Shown here piece after piece: positions 20,537-30,021 of a stretch of 64,000 bases of DNA (positions are counted from its first letter, which is position 1; each line of letters starts with the position of its first letter). The stretch covers positions 4,233 to 68,232 of the forward strand of contig JANXEK010000003.1 of NCBI GenBank assembly GCA_025058595.1, read 5' to 3'. Under the pieces are notes generated by a model. It was not told the DNA's origin and ran no database searches. It saw only the letters and a program-made list of their open reading frames with translations. This DNA is from Candidatus Bathyarchaeota archaeon. GTDB lineage: Archaea; Thermoproteota; CALKCG01; B24; DRYS01. The translations under genes were made by a program, and so were the position numbers.

Positions 20537-20785
20537 GGACCTACTCAAATATCCTCCCCCATATAATCCTATTCAGGTAACCTATATTCTCCGTTAGATT
20601 GGATAGCATCATAGTTCCTCGCTCGAGTAAAGGAGAATATCCGGGTGAAGAGATTCAAGATATTATCCAGTCTACACTCAGCTCCGTAGATTTTAGGGGG
20701 GATGAGTTAAGTACGTGTATGTAGGCTAGAACGATTAAATGAGCCTATAAGGTTATTCGGTAGACGTGATTAGGATATGTTGGAG

Positions 20786-20860
20786 TGGACCGGGAGGGAT
20801 TTGAACCCTCGACCTCCCCCGCGCCAAGGGGGCGATCATACCGGTCTGATCTACCGGCCC
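20786..20860 (-). tRNA. tRNA-Ala (anticodon GGC), 75 nt, intron-less, with no encoded CCA
   Basis: Manual fold of the reverse complement: acceptor GGGCCGG/CCGGTCC with the G3:U70 Ala identity pair, D stem GATC/GATC, anticodon stem CCCCC/GGGGG, loop TTGGCGC, variable AGGTC, T arm GAGGG-TTCAAAT-CCCTC, discriminator A. Confidence 0.85.
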
Positions 20861-20891
20861 GTCTACGGCTAGTAGTGTTAGGCTGGGGGCT

Positions 20892-20903
20892 CATAAACTT
20901 TAA
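20892..20903 (-). promoter_or_regulatory. Candidate TATA/BRE element for tRNA-Ala
   Basis: The reverse complement ttaaagtttatg lies about 32-43 nt upstream of the tRNA 5' end at 20860. Confidence 0.3.
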
Positions 20904-20920
20904 CCGGTCCTGGCTCGATT

Positions 20921-21109
20921 CTACCTGATCCTCTCTCCGTTGATCTTCCTATTTTTCCATGAGTATCTCGCTATCTTAGATGATTCTCCGTAGTGGCATG
21001 CTGCGCATCTTTTCTTCTTAACGTTATAGGATCTTCTCCCGCATCTACGGCATCTTATATGGATGGGTTCCCCTCCATACTTCCCCATAGAGGATGTTCC
21101 TTTAACCAT
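20921..21109 (-). CDS. rpl37e: 50S ribosomal protein L37e
   Basis: 62 aa with the C4 zinc ribbon [22 protein letters not shown] and a typical L37e N-terminus (GTSSMGK). Confidence 0.9.
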   Translation of the reverse strand: MVKGTSSMGKYGGEPIHIRCRRCGRRSYNVKKKRCAACHYGESSKIARYSWKNRKINGERIR

Positions 21110-21116
21110 AGGGTGT

Positions 21117-21344
21117 TCAGCCTCCTACCGGTGATATTAGGATGACGTTATCCCCTCTTATTATGACGCTTCCAAGCTTAACGCCTTCGTTTCCGTCGGT
21201 AACATCCTCTGTTTTAGATAGGACTAGGTTTAGATGTTTATCGTAGCCTTCGAGTAAGCCTCGTAGAGCTTTACCTCCTTTAAGCTTAACTAGAACTATC
21301 TTACCAAGACTCTCTTCCAATACCATGAAAGTTATTTCGCTCAT
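21117..21344 (-). CDS. Sm-like archaeal protein (LSm/SmAP)
   Basis: 75 aa with the Sm1/Sm2 fold pattern ([25 protein letters not shown] ... [10 protein letters not shown]). The L37e-Sm gene pair is conserved in archaea. Confidence 0.85.
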   Translation of the reverse strand: MSEITFMVLEESLGKIVLVKLKGGKALRGLLEGYDKHLNLVLSKTEDVTDGNEGVKLGSVIIRGDNVILISPVGG

Positions 21345-21463
21345 GATCCCTACTTTAGAGGGAGATTATTATCTCCTTTAAAACTTTTCCTTCTACCAGT
21401 CATACATCTGTCCCCCGGTTTCTTGTAAAACGTTAAACCGTAGAGGTGATATAGACTGTAGGT

Positions 21464-21943
21464 ATGCGGTTGAAGCGGAGGGATGTTAAGCGTAGGGAGG
21501 GTGCTCTGCTACTGGAGAGGTTGAAGGCTAGGTTTAACCTTAGGATAGATCTTAAGGTGGAGAGGTACGAGGTGGTGGAGTCTGATGGTTTATCGATATA
21601 CATCCTAGATGGGAGACCCCTCCTATTCGAGGCTGATGGTGATGTGTACCCTACTCTATTCTTCGATGAAGCTATGAGTATATTACCGCGTGTAGTAGTG
21701 GATCGGGGTGCTATCCCCCATATATGTGACGGCGCCGATGTTATGGCTCCAGGTATAGTTAGGATCGAAGGATTATTCGATGAGGGTGGATTGGTAGCGA
21801 TCTGCGATGAAAGGTATGGTAAAATAATCGCTTTAGGTATAGCTTTGAAGGATAGCGAAGCTATTAGATCGATGGATAGAGGGAGAGCCATCAGGAATAT
21901 ACACTATGTAGGCGATAGGATTTGGAGGATAGCGAGGTTATAG
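21464..21943 (+). CDS. PUA-domain RNA-binding protein
   Basis: 159 aa. The C-terminal half (ICDGADVMAPGIV...LVAICDERYGKIIALGIA) matches a PUA beta-barrel pattern. Confidence 0.55.
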   Translation: MRLKRRDVKRREGALLLERLKARFNLRIDLKVERYEVVESDGLSIYILDGRPLLFEADGDVYPTLFFDEAMSILPRVVVDRGAIPHICDGADVMAPGIVRIEGLFDEGGLVAICDERYGKIIALGIALKDSEAIRSMDRGRAIRNIHYVGDRIWRIARL

Positions 21944-21995
21944 TAGCACCGGGCTGAGGGCTACCATATATCTTAGATCTAGCGTCGAAGTAGAA

Positions 21996-23165
21996 CTAAC
22001 TCTGTATATTCTCGAGGTTGAACTTTCTAGCTATCCTATCTAGATCGTCGTCATCTAGATAACCCTTCTTATTTTCAGCTATAGTTTTAACGTACGCTAG
22101 TATCTCTCTAGCTTTATCATCGTCAGGTAGCTTGTATCCCCTCCTAGCTAATAGGTATGATAATCCATGTGTACCTGAGGTTACGCCTAGAACTATACGC
22201 CAATCCCTACCTACGAGTTTAGGTGGGTAGGGTTGATAGGTTTCAGGATCCTTCAGTATACCATCCTGATGGATGCCAGATTGCACCGAGAATACATCGT
22301 AACCGGAGACTGGTTTAAACCTGTATAAAGGTATACGGGAGGCTTCAGCTACGTATAGGCTAGCATCTACAGCTTTAGATAGGTTAAACCTATCCGCACC
22401 GTAAAGCTCGTATATCAGTAGTAGTACCTCATCTAACGCTGCGTTCCCGGCTTTATCACCTAGACCGTTCCAGGTGGCGGATATAGATGAAGCTCCTGCG
22501 AGTATAGCTGAGATGGTGTTAGCTAAAGCTAGCCCTCTATCGTTATGATAGTGTACCTCTATAGGTATACCTCTAGAATGCTCCGCTAACACCTTCATCC
22601 TATTATAGGCGGCTATAGGTACGAGTACGCTTACGGTATCGCAATCCCTAATCCTATCTACATCGACCTCGGATAGTATCTTCACCAGCCTATCGATGGA
22701 GGTCCTAGTGGAGTCTTCTAGGTGGAGCGAAACCTTCAAACTATGCTCCCTACAATAGGATATAAGCTCTATACACGAGTATAGGAGATCCTCGAAGCTA
22801 CATCTAAACTTGCTTCTGAGATGTATATCTGAGAATCCTGCGGTTATAGATATCCATTCGAAATCATACTTTAAACATAGATCTATATCGCTCCTCCTAA
22901 GCCTATTCCAAACCTGAATCTTAGCGTTCCTTAAACCAATATCTTTGATCCCCTCTAGAAACCTCCTCTCCCTATCGCCATATCCGGTGAACACCTCTAT
23001 AAAATCTAACCCTACCTCATCGTCGTAAATAGCTATACGTAGCTTCTCATCCAACGTTAACGCAACGCCAGCCGCCTGCTCCCCCTCCCTAAGCGTAGAA
23101 TCTACTACTACGATATCCCTGGGATCCAGCTCGAACCCTAGGTAATCCTTGTTAAACTCCTTCAT
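21996..23165 (-). CDS. Homocitrate/(R)-citramalate/2-isopropylmalate synthase-family enzyme with an HMGL-like TIM barrel and no LeuA regulatory domain
   Basis: 389 aa. DSTLREGEQA at the N-terminus, plus the HxH metal motif (HYHNDRGLALAN) of the HMGL-like family. Confidence 0.75.
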   Translation of the reverse strand: MKEFNKDYLGFELDPRDIVVVDSTLREGEQAAGVALTLDEKLRIAIYDDEVGLDFIEVFTGYGDRERRFLEGIKDIGLRNAKIQVWNRLRRSDIDLCLKYDFEWISITAGFSDIHLRSKFRCSFEDLLYSCIELISYCREHSLKVSLHLEDSTRTSIDRLVKILSEVDVDRIRDCDTVSVLVPIAAYNRMKVLAEHSRGIPIEVHYHNDRGLALANTISAILAGASSISATWNGLGDKAGNAALDEVLLLIYELYGADRFNLSKAVDASLYVAEASRIPLYRFKPVSGYDVFSVQSGIHQDGILKDPETYQPYPPKLVGRDWRIVLGVTSGTHGLSYLLARRGYKLPDDDKAREILAYVKTIAENKKGYLDDDDLDRIARKFNLENIQS

Positions 23166-23332
23166 AGGCTATACAAGCCCCGTGCCTATAAAAAAGACGT
23201 AGACAGGTATATAATGTTTACTGAGTAAAACTCACATATATAACGTAGAAATATATGTATACCTCAAAGTATACCGTGGAAGTTGTGAGCATCACATATT
23301 CTATGAAGCCTAATCTTAGCGGATATCTCGAT

Positions 23333-23344
23333 AAAACTTAATAC
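23333..23344 (+). promoter_or_regulatory. Candidate TATA box for tRNA-Met
   Basis: aaacttaatact is centred about 33 nt upstream of the tRNA 5' end at 23373. Confidence 0.3.
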
Positions 23345-23372
23345 TCCCTAGAACCTAGATAAGATTACGGAA

Positions 23373-23510
23373 GCCGGGCTAGCTCAGCCGGTTAGAGCGC
23401 CAGACCCTACCTATAGGGGGGTTGAGGTGAGACTCATAATCTGGAGATAGCCCCTCGTATATGGAGGATGAGGCTACCAGAAGTCGGGGGTTCGAAGCCC
23501 CTGCCCGGCA
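23373..23510 (+). tRNA. Elongator tRNA-Met (anticodon CAT) interrupted by two introns at non-canonical positions. Intron 1 is about 23405-23432 (28 nt, between nt 31/32 or 32/33). Intron 2 is about 23445-23480 (36 nt, in the variable region, about 43/44 to 44/45).
   Basis: Manual fold gives exons: acceptor GCCGGGC/GCCCGGC, D arm GCTC-AGCCGGTTA-GAGC, anticodon stem CCAGA/TCTGG with loop CTCATAA, variable AAGTC, T arm GGGGG-TTCGAAG-CCCCT, discriminator A. The mature length is 74 nt versus a 138-nt gene. Exact splice junctions are ambiguous by 1-2 nt because of repeated A/C residues. Confidence 0.7.
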
Positions 23511-23513
23511 TCG

Positions 23514-23538
23514 GCTTGGGGGTTAAACCCCCGCCCGG
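23514..23538 (+). terminator. GC-rich hairpin GGC-TT-GGGGG-TTAAA-CCCCC-GCC immediately 3' of tRNA-Met. It is a possible processing or termination signal and resembles the tRNA 3' end.
   Basis: Perfect 5-bp G/C stem with a TTAAA loop, flanked by a GGC/GCC pair. Starts 4 nt after the discriminator base. Confidence 0.3.
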
Positions 23539-23696
23539 CCCCATTCAACCTCCACATATAATCCGGGTTTAAGCAGCGGTGCATAGAAACTTATCTATTA
23601 TACAGCTAAAGCGAGCAGCTATCTACGTACTAGCTATAAATATTAATATCTAGGGTGATGTGATACAATGTTCTGAGCTGTAGCTTAAGCTAGGGT

Positions 23697-24977
23697 ATGA
23701 GCTGGCTTTTCGATGTCGATAGGATGGTTATCGATACTAGAAGATCTAGTAGGTTATGCGTTCTATGTAAGGGTGCACATCTACTCTGCGGTAAGAATAG
23801 ATGTCCTATAGTGGTTAGAGCTAGCGTTATGTATGAGGCTGTAAGGTATTTCGATAAGCTAGATGTAGAGGGGTCGTCGCCTCCAGGGGTCTTCGTAGGT
23901 AGGTTCGGCTATCCTAGGGTGTATGTCGGGCCTTTAACACCGCCTTTCAAAGGTGATACACGGATACTCGATACGCCTGAATACTGGTTTGGTATGTCTA
24001 TAGAGGATATAGTTAGGTTTCGTAGCATACTCCTTAGAGGGGAGAAGCCTTTACATGTAGATTCAGCCTCCAACCCCGATGAACTCCTACAAACCCTTCA
24101 GGAGATAGCTATGTCTCAGAAGCCGGTCGATCTAGAGGTTAAACTAGCTAGGAAGCCTAGAGTATCCTTGATACTTGATGATGAGGTTCAGCCGCTAGGT
24201 GCATCTGCACCTATATCGAAGATTAGGTTGGAGGGGAATATCTACGTAGATAGACGTATAGAGGAAGCGTATTACGATAGGGATCTTAGAGCTGTAGACG
24301 CAGTCTTCGATCTATATAGATCTGGTGTCCCTGTGAGCTCTATACAGAAAGCTTTTAGTCTAGGATTACTCGGTGTAGGATCGAACCGTAGACTGGTACC
24401 TACTAGGTGGAGTATAACAGCGGTAGATTCCATGATATCCGAGAAGCTTCTCGGAAACGTTAAACGTTATCCACCTATCCCAGTATACCTACTCTTCGAA
24501 TCGGTATACCTAGATAACAGGTTCGAGATACTGATGATACCGGGCTTCTGGAGCTACGAATCTATAGAGGCATGGTATCCTAAAACCGTGTGGAACCCAG
24601 ATGGTAGGATGCCTATCGTAGAGGGTGATTGGGAGGGGTACCATGGTAGGAGAAGCTACGCTGCTATCGGTGGATGCTACTACGCTGCTAGGCTCGCCGT
24701 CGCGGAGTATCTAGACTCTATCAGACGGCAGGCATCGGTCTTGATACTGAGGGAGGTTCATCCAGGGTATATAATGCCTGTAGGCGTGTGGCATGTAAGG
24801 GAGCATGTACGTAACGCTTTGAAGAGGAAGCCTATGGTATACCAGAGTATAGGGGAGGCTTTATCTAGGATCTCTGAAAGGCTTGAGATACCTTTAGAGA
24901 TATGGGTGGAACATAGCCGTCTACTTAGACGAGAACTCTATCAGCAGAGGATCCGAAGCTATGTATCTGGATCGTAG
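23697..24977 (+). CDS. nreA: NreA-like archaeal DNA repair protein (Nre family)
   Basis: 426 aa. N-terminal cysteine cluster LCVLCKGAHLLCGKNRCPIV recalled as the Nre N-terminal zinc motif. An archaea-specific family, usually about 420 aa. Confidence 0.5.
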   Translation: MSWLFDVDRMVIDTRRSSRLCVLCKGAHLLCGKNRCPIVVRASVMYEAVRYFDKLDVEGSSPPGVFVGRFGYPRVYVGPLTPPFKGDTRILDTPEYWFGMSIEDIVRFRSILLRGEKPLHVDSASNPDELLQTLQEIAMSQKPVDLEVKLARKPRVSLILDDEVQPLGASAPISKIRLEGNIYVDRRIEEAYYDRDLRAVDAVFDLYRSGVPVSSIQKAFSLGLLGVGSNRRLVPTRWSITAVDSMISEKLLGNVKRYPPIPVYLLFESVYLDNRFEILMIPGFWSYESIEAWYPKTVWNPDGRMPIVEGDWEGYHGRRSYAAIGGCYYAARLAVAEYLDSIRRQASVLILREVHPGYIMPVGVWHVREHVRNALKRKPMVYQSIGEALSRISERLEIPLEIWVEHSRLLRRELYQQRIRSYVSGS

Positions 24978-25043
24978 CTATTCTACGGATCGATCTTCAG
25001 ATCGGGCGATCGTACATCGCGGATGGAGCCTCTTATCGCAACG

Positions 25044-25053
25044 TTAAAATATG
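25044..25053 (+). promoter_or_regulatory. Candidate TATA box for ppsA
   Basis: ttaaaatatg lies about 46-55 nt upstream of the ATG at 25099. A purine-rich aggtggag sits 8-14 nt before the start. Confidence 0.3.
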
Positions 25054-25098
25054 ACTATACCCAGTCTAGAGTATACGTCTCTAATAGTATCGAGCTAG

Positions 25099-27540
25099 GT
25101 GGAGACTATGGGTAAGGAGACAGCTCTAACTCTATGGTTCGAGGAATTGGGTAAGAGGGATGTGGGGCTCGTAGGAGGTAAGAATGCGAATCTAGGTGAG
25201 ATGATAAACGCGGGGATACCTGTACCCCCAGGGTTCGCCGTCACGGCTTACGCATATAAGAAGTTCATAGAGGAGACGGGGATAGCCGGTAAGATCTACG
25301 ATATACTTAGGGAGACGATAAAGGATCCGAAGGATCCTACACAGTATGAGGAGGCTTCGCGTAAGGTTAGAGCTCTGATAGAATCCGTAGAGATGCCTGT
25401 AGATATACGTAGAGCTATAACCGAATACTATAGGAAGCTATGTATGAGGATAGGTACGGATTCTGTATTCGTAGCCGTCAGATCGTCTGCTACCGCCGAG
25501 GATCTACCAGATGCTAGCTTCGCAGGACAGCAGGAAACCTTCCTGAACGTTAGAGGGGAGGATGAGGTTGTTAGGTATGTACAGAGATGCTGGTCTAGCC
25601 TATTCACTCCTAGAGCTATATTCTATAGGACTCAGAAGGGTTTCGCTCATGAACGCGTATTGATAAGCGTAGCTGTTCAGAAGATGGTTAACAGTAGATC
25701 TGCAGGCGTTATATTCACGATACACCCGGTGACTGGTGATAGGGATAAGATAGTTATAGAGTCTGTGTGGGGTCTAGGAGAGGCTATAGTATCTGGAGCT
25801 GTAACACCGGACAGATTCATAGTCGATAAGAAAACCTTCGAGATACTGGAGAAGGAGATAGCTGAGAAGACTGTCGAGTATGTACGCGATCCGAGGACGG
25901 GTAAAACGGTACACTTAGAGGTGCCATCGGAGAGGAGGAATGCTCCGAGCTTAACGGATGAGGAGGCTAAGTATCTCGCTAAACTCGCTAAAAGGATAGA
26001 GGATCACTACGGTCATCCTCAGGATATAGAGTTCGCGGTAGATAGAGATCTACCTTTCCCGGAGAATATATTCATAGTTCAATCGAGACCCGAGACTGTA
26101 TGGAGCTTTAAACCTAGGGAGGAGGTTAAAGCCGAGAAGCCTGGTGCTACCGTTGAACGTAGGGTTGTCCTTAAAGGTTTACCAGCTAGCCCAGGTGTAT
26201 ACGCCGGTAGGGTTAAGATAGCTTTAACCCATGAGGAAGCTGCTAAGGTTATGGAGAAAGGCGATATACTGGTTACTAAGATGACGAACCCGGATTGGGT
26301 TCCATATATGAGGATAGCTGGAGCTATAGTAACGGATGAAGGTGGAATGACGTGTCACGCCGCTATAGTATCTAGGGAGCTTGGGATACCGTGTATAGTG
26401 GGTACGAAGAACGCTACGCAGATCCTAGCGAACGGAGGATACTATACAGTCGATGCTAAGACGGGTGTGATCTATGAAGGTATAATCGAAGAGGCGGTTA
26501 AACCTGTAGCTCCTATAACGCCTACGGCACCGGCGGTAGGAGTGTTAGCGGCTCCTACACCGATTACGGCTACTAAGATCTACGTTAACATATCTATACC
26601 GGATGTAGCTGAGAAGATAGCTACGGAGACCCAGGCTGATGGTGTAGGTCTCCTGAGAGCTGAGCATCTGATGCTTAGCGTAGGTAAGCATCCGAGGCTA
26701 CTTATCGAGGAAGGCGGGGAGCAGCGTATGGTAGATGCCTTCGCCGAAGGTATAAGGATGGTAGCTCAAGCGTTCTATCCTAAACCGGTCGTCTATAGAT
26801 TCCTAGATTTCAAGCCTGACGAGTTCCTAGCGTTACCTGGTGGGGAGAAGTATGAGAGGGAGGCTGGGCATGTAGGGCCTAACCCGTTGATAGGTTATAG
26901 AGGGGCCTTCAGATACATCAAAGAGCCGGATATATTCAGGCTTGAATGTAGAGCTATAAGGAAGGTTAGGGAGGAGTATGGGCTTAAGAATGTATGGGTT
27001 ATGATACCTTTCGTTAGAAAGGTGGAGGAGCTGCGTCTAGCTAAGAGGATTATGGAGGAGGAGGGTCTTGTTAGAGGACCAGATTTCAAGGTGTGGATAA
27101 TGGTGGAGGTGCCGAGCACGGTTCTACTGATAGATAAGTTCATAGAGGATGGTATAGATGGTGTAAGCTTCGGTACAAACGATCTTACGATGCTGATACT
27201 AGGTATAGATAGGGATGACGCCTCGGTTCAGGAGATATACGATGAGAGGAATCTAGCTGTTTTGAGAGCTTTAAGCCATGTTATAAGGATATGTAGGAGG
27301 CATGGGGTTACCACCAGTATATGCGGGCAAGCTCCATCCAACTATCCCGAGGTGGTAGAGTTTCTAGTAAGGGAGGGAGCGACAAGTATATCGGTGAACC
27401 CAGATAAAGTAGTGGAGACGAGGCTACTCGTAGCTAGCATAGAGCAGAAGATATTATTGGAGGAGCTTAGAAACCTGAGGGAGAGGAGCGAATCGGAGAA
27501 GCCGTTCTTCAAACCTGAGTGGGCTAGGGAGCTAGGTTAA
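25099..27540 (+). CDS. ppsA: Phosphoenolpyruvate synthase (pyruvate, water dikinase)
   Basis: 813 aa with an N-terminal ATP-grasp (GGKNANLGEM), a central phosphohistidine domain (GGMTCHAAIVSRELGIPCIVG) and a C-terminal PEP-utilising TIM barrel. Confidence 0.9.
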   Translation: METMGKETALTLWFEELGKRDVGLVGGKNANLGEMINAGIPVPPGFAVTAYAYKKFIEETGIAGKIYDILRETIKDPKDPTQYEEASRKVRALIESVEMPVDIRRAITEYYRKLCMRIGTDSVFVAVRSSATAEDLPDASFAGQQETFLNVRGEDEVVRYVQRCWSSLFTPRAIFYRTQKGFAHERVLISVAVQKMVNSRSAGVIFTIHPVTGDRDKIVIESVWGLGEAIVSGAVTPDRFIVDKKTFEILEKEIAEKTVEYVRDPRTGKTVHLEVPSERRNAPSLTDEEAKYLAKLAKRIEDHYGHPQDIEFAVDRDLPFPENIFIVQSRPETVWSFKPREEVKAEKPGATVERRVVLKGLPASPGVYAGRVKIALTHEEAAKVMEKGDILVTKMTNPDWVPYMRIAGAIVTDEGGMTCHAAIVSRELGIPCIVGTKNATQILANGGYYTVDAKTGVIYEGIIEEAVKPVAPITPTAPAVGVLAAPTPITATKIYVNISIPDVAEKIATETQADGVGLLRAEHLMLSVGKHPRLLIEEGGEQRMVDAFAEGIRMVAQAFYPKPVVYRFLDFKPDEFLALPGGEKYEREAGHVGPNPLIGYRGAFRYIKEPDIFRLECRAIRKVREEYGLKNVWVMIPFVRKVEELRLAKRIMEEEGLVRGPDFKVWIMVEVPSTVLLIDKFIEDGIDGVSFGTNDLTMLILGIDRDDASVQEIYDERNLAVLRALSHVIRICRRHGVTTSICGQAPSNYPEVVEFLVREGATSISVNPDKVVETRLLVASIEQKILLEELRNLRERSESEKPFFKPEWARELG

Positions 27541-27585
27541 ACATAAGTTTAAACCCTCCTACACACAATTTTTATAATCAGTTTT

Positions 27586-27990
27586 ATGAGAGGCATAGAT
27601 TACGAGAGGCTTCTAGCTCGTAGATTATCTAGGCTTGGGTTCGCTGTAGTTAGAGCTCCAAGCTCAGGTAGCGGGACTAAGATGGATAGACCAGATATCA
27701 TAGCTGGGCGTAGAGGTTTGATAGTAGCGATCGAAGTGAAGACGACGTCTAGGAGGAGGATCTATGTAGGGGAGAAGGGTGTGGAGCAGCTTGTAAGGTT
27801 CTCCGAGTGTTTCGGAGCTACACCGTACATAGCGGTTAAATTTAAAGGATCGGGTATGGATTGGCTTCTCATACATCCTAGATACCTTAAGAGAGAGGGT
27901 GGAACCTATAGTATATCTTTAGAGGAAGCTTCTAGGATAGGTATAACGCTTGAATCGCTTATACTACGTAGGCTAGGAGAGTATTCGTAA
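27586..27990 (+). CDS. hjc: Holliday junction resolvase Hjc
   Basis: 134 aa. GIDYERLLARRLSRLGFAVVRAPSSGSG ... DIIAG ... IEVKTT matches the archaeal Hjc nuclease core (E...D...EVK). Confidence 0.85.
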   Translation: MRGIDYERLLARRLSRLGFAVVRAPSSGSGTKMDRPDIIAGRRGLIVAIEVKTTSRRRIYVGEKGVEQLVRFSECFGATPYIAVKFKGSGMDWLLIHPRYLKREGGTYSISLEEASRIGITLESLILRRLGEYS

Positions 27991-28099
27991 AACTTAAGCT
28001 TATCATCGTACGTAGTAGACGGTTGGGTGTATTCGGATGCTACGTTGAACCGGAGGTTTAAGCTGAGGTAGACGGTATACTAGTAAGGTATGGTGGGGG

Positions 28100-28528
28100 A
28101 TGCTAACGGATACCTATATGATCGTCGAAGCTATAGCTAAACTGTATAGCGGTAGAGGAGCTATAGTCGAGTTTGGAGTCGGGTTCAACCCTTGGATAGC
28201 ATGTAATCTTAAGAAGCGGCTACCAGAGGCTAGGGTTATCGCGGTAGATAGGGATCTAAGGGCTTTAAACTATACTCGATCGGTATGCCCAGATCTAGAG
28301 GTTAAGCTGGATGATGTAACGAATCTTAAAGTAGATGATTATAGCGGCGTCGAGATCGTATACTCTATCAGACCGCCGCCAGAACTTATACCGTATATGG
28401 AGCTTCTAGCTCGTAGGGTCGGTGCGCTACTCATAGTAAGACCTTTAACCGAGGGTGAGTCGGGCTATGTATTCGATGAACGTAGATGGGTGAGGATCCA
28501 CCCATACCTCTATATGCTTAGGGTTTAG
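28100..28528 (+). CDS. UPF0146-family small protein, a predicted Rossmann/methyltransferase-like protein
   Basis: 142 aa. GAIVEFGVGFNPWIACNLKKRLPEARVIAVDRD resembles the archaeal UPF0146 family. The assignment is from memory of that family. Confidence 0.35.
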   Translation: MLTDTYMIVEAIAKLYSGRGAIVEFGVGFNPWIACNLKKRLPEARVIAVDRDLRALNYTRSVCPDLEVKLDDVTNLKVDDYSGVEIVYSIRPPPELIPYMELLARRVGALLIVRPLTEGESGYVFDERRWVRIHPYLYMLRV

Positions 28529-28859
28529 ATATACGGATATCGCTTCCTACGATCGTTACGGTGAGTTCATCTCCTAGATCAGGCTTAGATTGTAGCTGAT
28601 CCCATTCATCCCTCGTAAGTACGAGTGTAACCCTGGGAACTCTCACCGTAGCACGAGATATAGGTAGGGATGATAGCATCTGGCTTACCACGGGTAGAAC
28701 CTCTCTAGCTATCTCTGATTGCTCTAACCTACTGGTATCCATGATTATAGGCGGGGTGGCAGGCTTCTCCTCAGCTAGATCTATACGTACAACCTCCTCA
28801 CCGCTAGGTAGCTTCTCGAGGATCTTACCGACTACGACAGCTCTAAACGATACAGACAT
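28518..28859 (-). CDS. Hypothetical protein
   Basis: 113-aa ORF convergent with the previous gene, with the 3' ends overlapping by 11 nt. No recognisable motif. Confidence 0.35.
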   Translation of the reverse strand: MSVSFRAVVVGKILEKLPSGEEVVRIDLAEEKPATPPIIMDTSRLEQSEIAREVLPVVSQMLSSLPISRATVRVPRVTLVLTRDEWDQLQSKPDLGDELTVTIVGSDIRISKP

Positions 28860-29078
28860 GAAGTTTCCAACCTCAAACTACCAACCCATACGAGCGGTAT
28901 ATTAGCTTTCCGGTGGATATAGATAACGAATCGAACATAGATTACTCAAGGTATCGTTATCCTTCTAGGAATCTATGCATACCGAAGCAAGGTATCTACG
29001 AGGCGGAGTATACTCCGCAGCTGAAGCGATCGGTGTAAGTATAACGTTTAAGCTTCGGGAGGATAACTGATTATAGCG

Positions 29079-30020
29079 GTGTTCGAATATTTGCCTATAG
29101 TAGATGGATATGGACGTAGGCTATCCACCCTTAGGATAGCTGTTACGAGTGAATGCAACCTTAGATGTGTATACTGCCATAGGGAGGGGGAGGTTTACGA
29201 TAGCGATAGGAGAGGTGACGCTAGTATAGATGAGCTTCTATCCATAGTTGGTATCGGCGTCGAGCTTGGGTTGGATAGGGTTAAGCTTACGGGAGGCGAA
29301 CCGCTCCTAAGGAGGGATATAGTGGATCTAGTATCCTCGATACATGGATTGAAGGGTGTGGAAGAGGTTTCGATGACCACCAACGGTGTGCTGCTATCGG
29401 ATTACGCGTATAAGCTTGCGGAAGCCGGGTTGAAGCGTGTAAACGTCACGGTTAATACTTTGGATAGGGATACCTATAGGATGATCACAGGTTTCGACCT
29501 CCTACATAGGGTTCTGGATGGGGTCGAATCGGCTATCGAAGCAGGGTTAAACCCTGTTAAGATTAACATGGTTCTATTGAAGGGTATGAACGAAGATGAC
29601 ATCCTAGATATGGCTAGATACGCCGCTAAGGTTGGAGCGATACTACAGGTTATAGAGCTTGAGAGAGCAGGGGTAGCGGATGGATGGGTATACGATAGGC
29701 TCCACGTACCTCTAGATAGGGTTGAAGATCTCCTATCTAGGATATCTGTAGATATGTACTATAGAGGCATCCATAGCAGGCCTAGATACATACTGCCCGA
29801 CGGTGTGGAGGTGGAGCTTGTTAAACCTATGCATAACCCAGATTTCTGTAGATACTGCGATAGGCTAAGGGTTACTTCTAGAGGCGAGCTTAAACCATGC
29901 CTACTAAGATACGATAACCATGTAGATATATTGAAGGCTATAAGGAGCGGAGCGGATAGAGAGTACCTCAGGAAGCTTTTCCTAGAAGCTATAGCTAGGA
30001 GGAAGCCATACTTCCTATGA
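29079..30020 (+). CDS. moaA: GTP 3',8-cyclase MoaA (molybdenum cofactor biosynthesis, radical SAM)
   Basis: CNLRCVYCH radical-SAM cluster motif at the N-terminus, GGEPLLRRD, and a C-terminal second-cluster cysteine set (CRYCDRLRVTSRGELKPC). 313 aa. Confidence 0.85.
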   Translation: MFEYLPIVDGYGRRLSTLRIAVTSECNLRCVYCHREGEVYDSDRRGDASIDELLSIVGIGVELGLDRVKLTGGEPLLRRDIVDLVSSIHGLKGVEEVSMTTNGVLLSDYAYKLAEAGLKRVNVTVNTLDRDTYRMITGFDLLHRVLDGVESAIEAGLNPVKINMVLLKGMNEDDILDMARYAAKVGAILQVIELERAGVADGWVYDRLHVPLDRVEDLLSRISVDMYYRGIHSRPRYILPDGVEVELVKPMHNPDFCRYCDRLRVTSRGELKPCLLRYDNHVDILKAIRSGADREYLRKLFLEAIARRKPYFL

Positions 30021-30021
30021 G

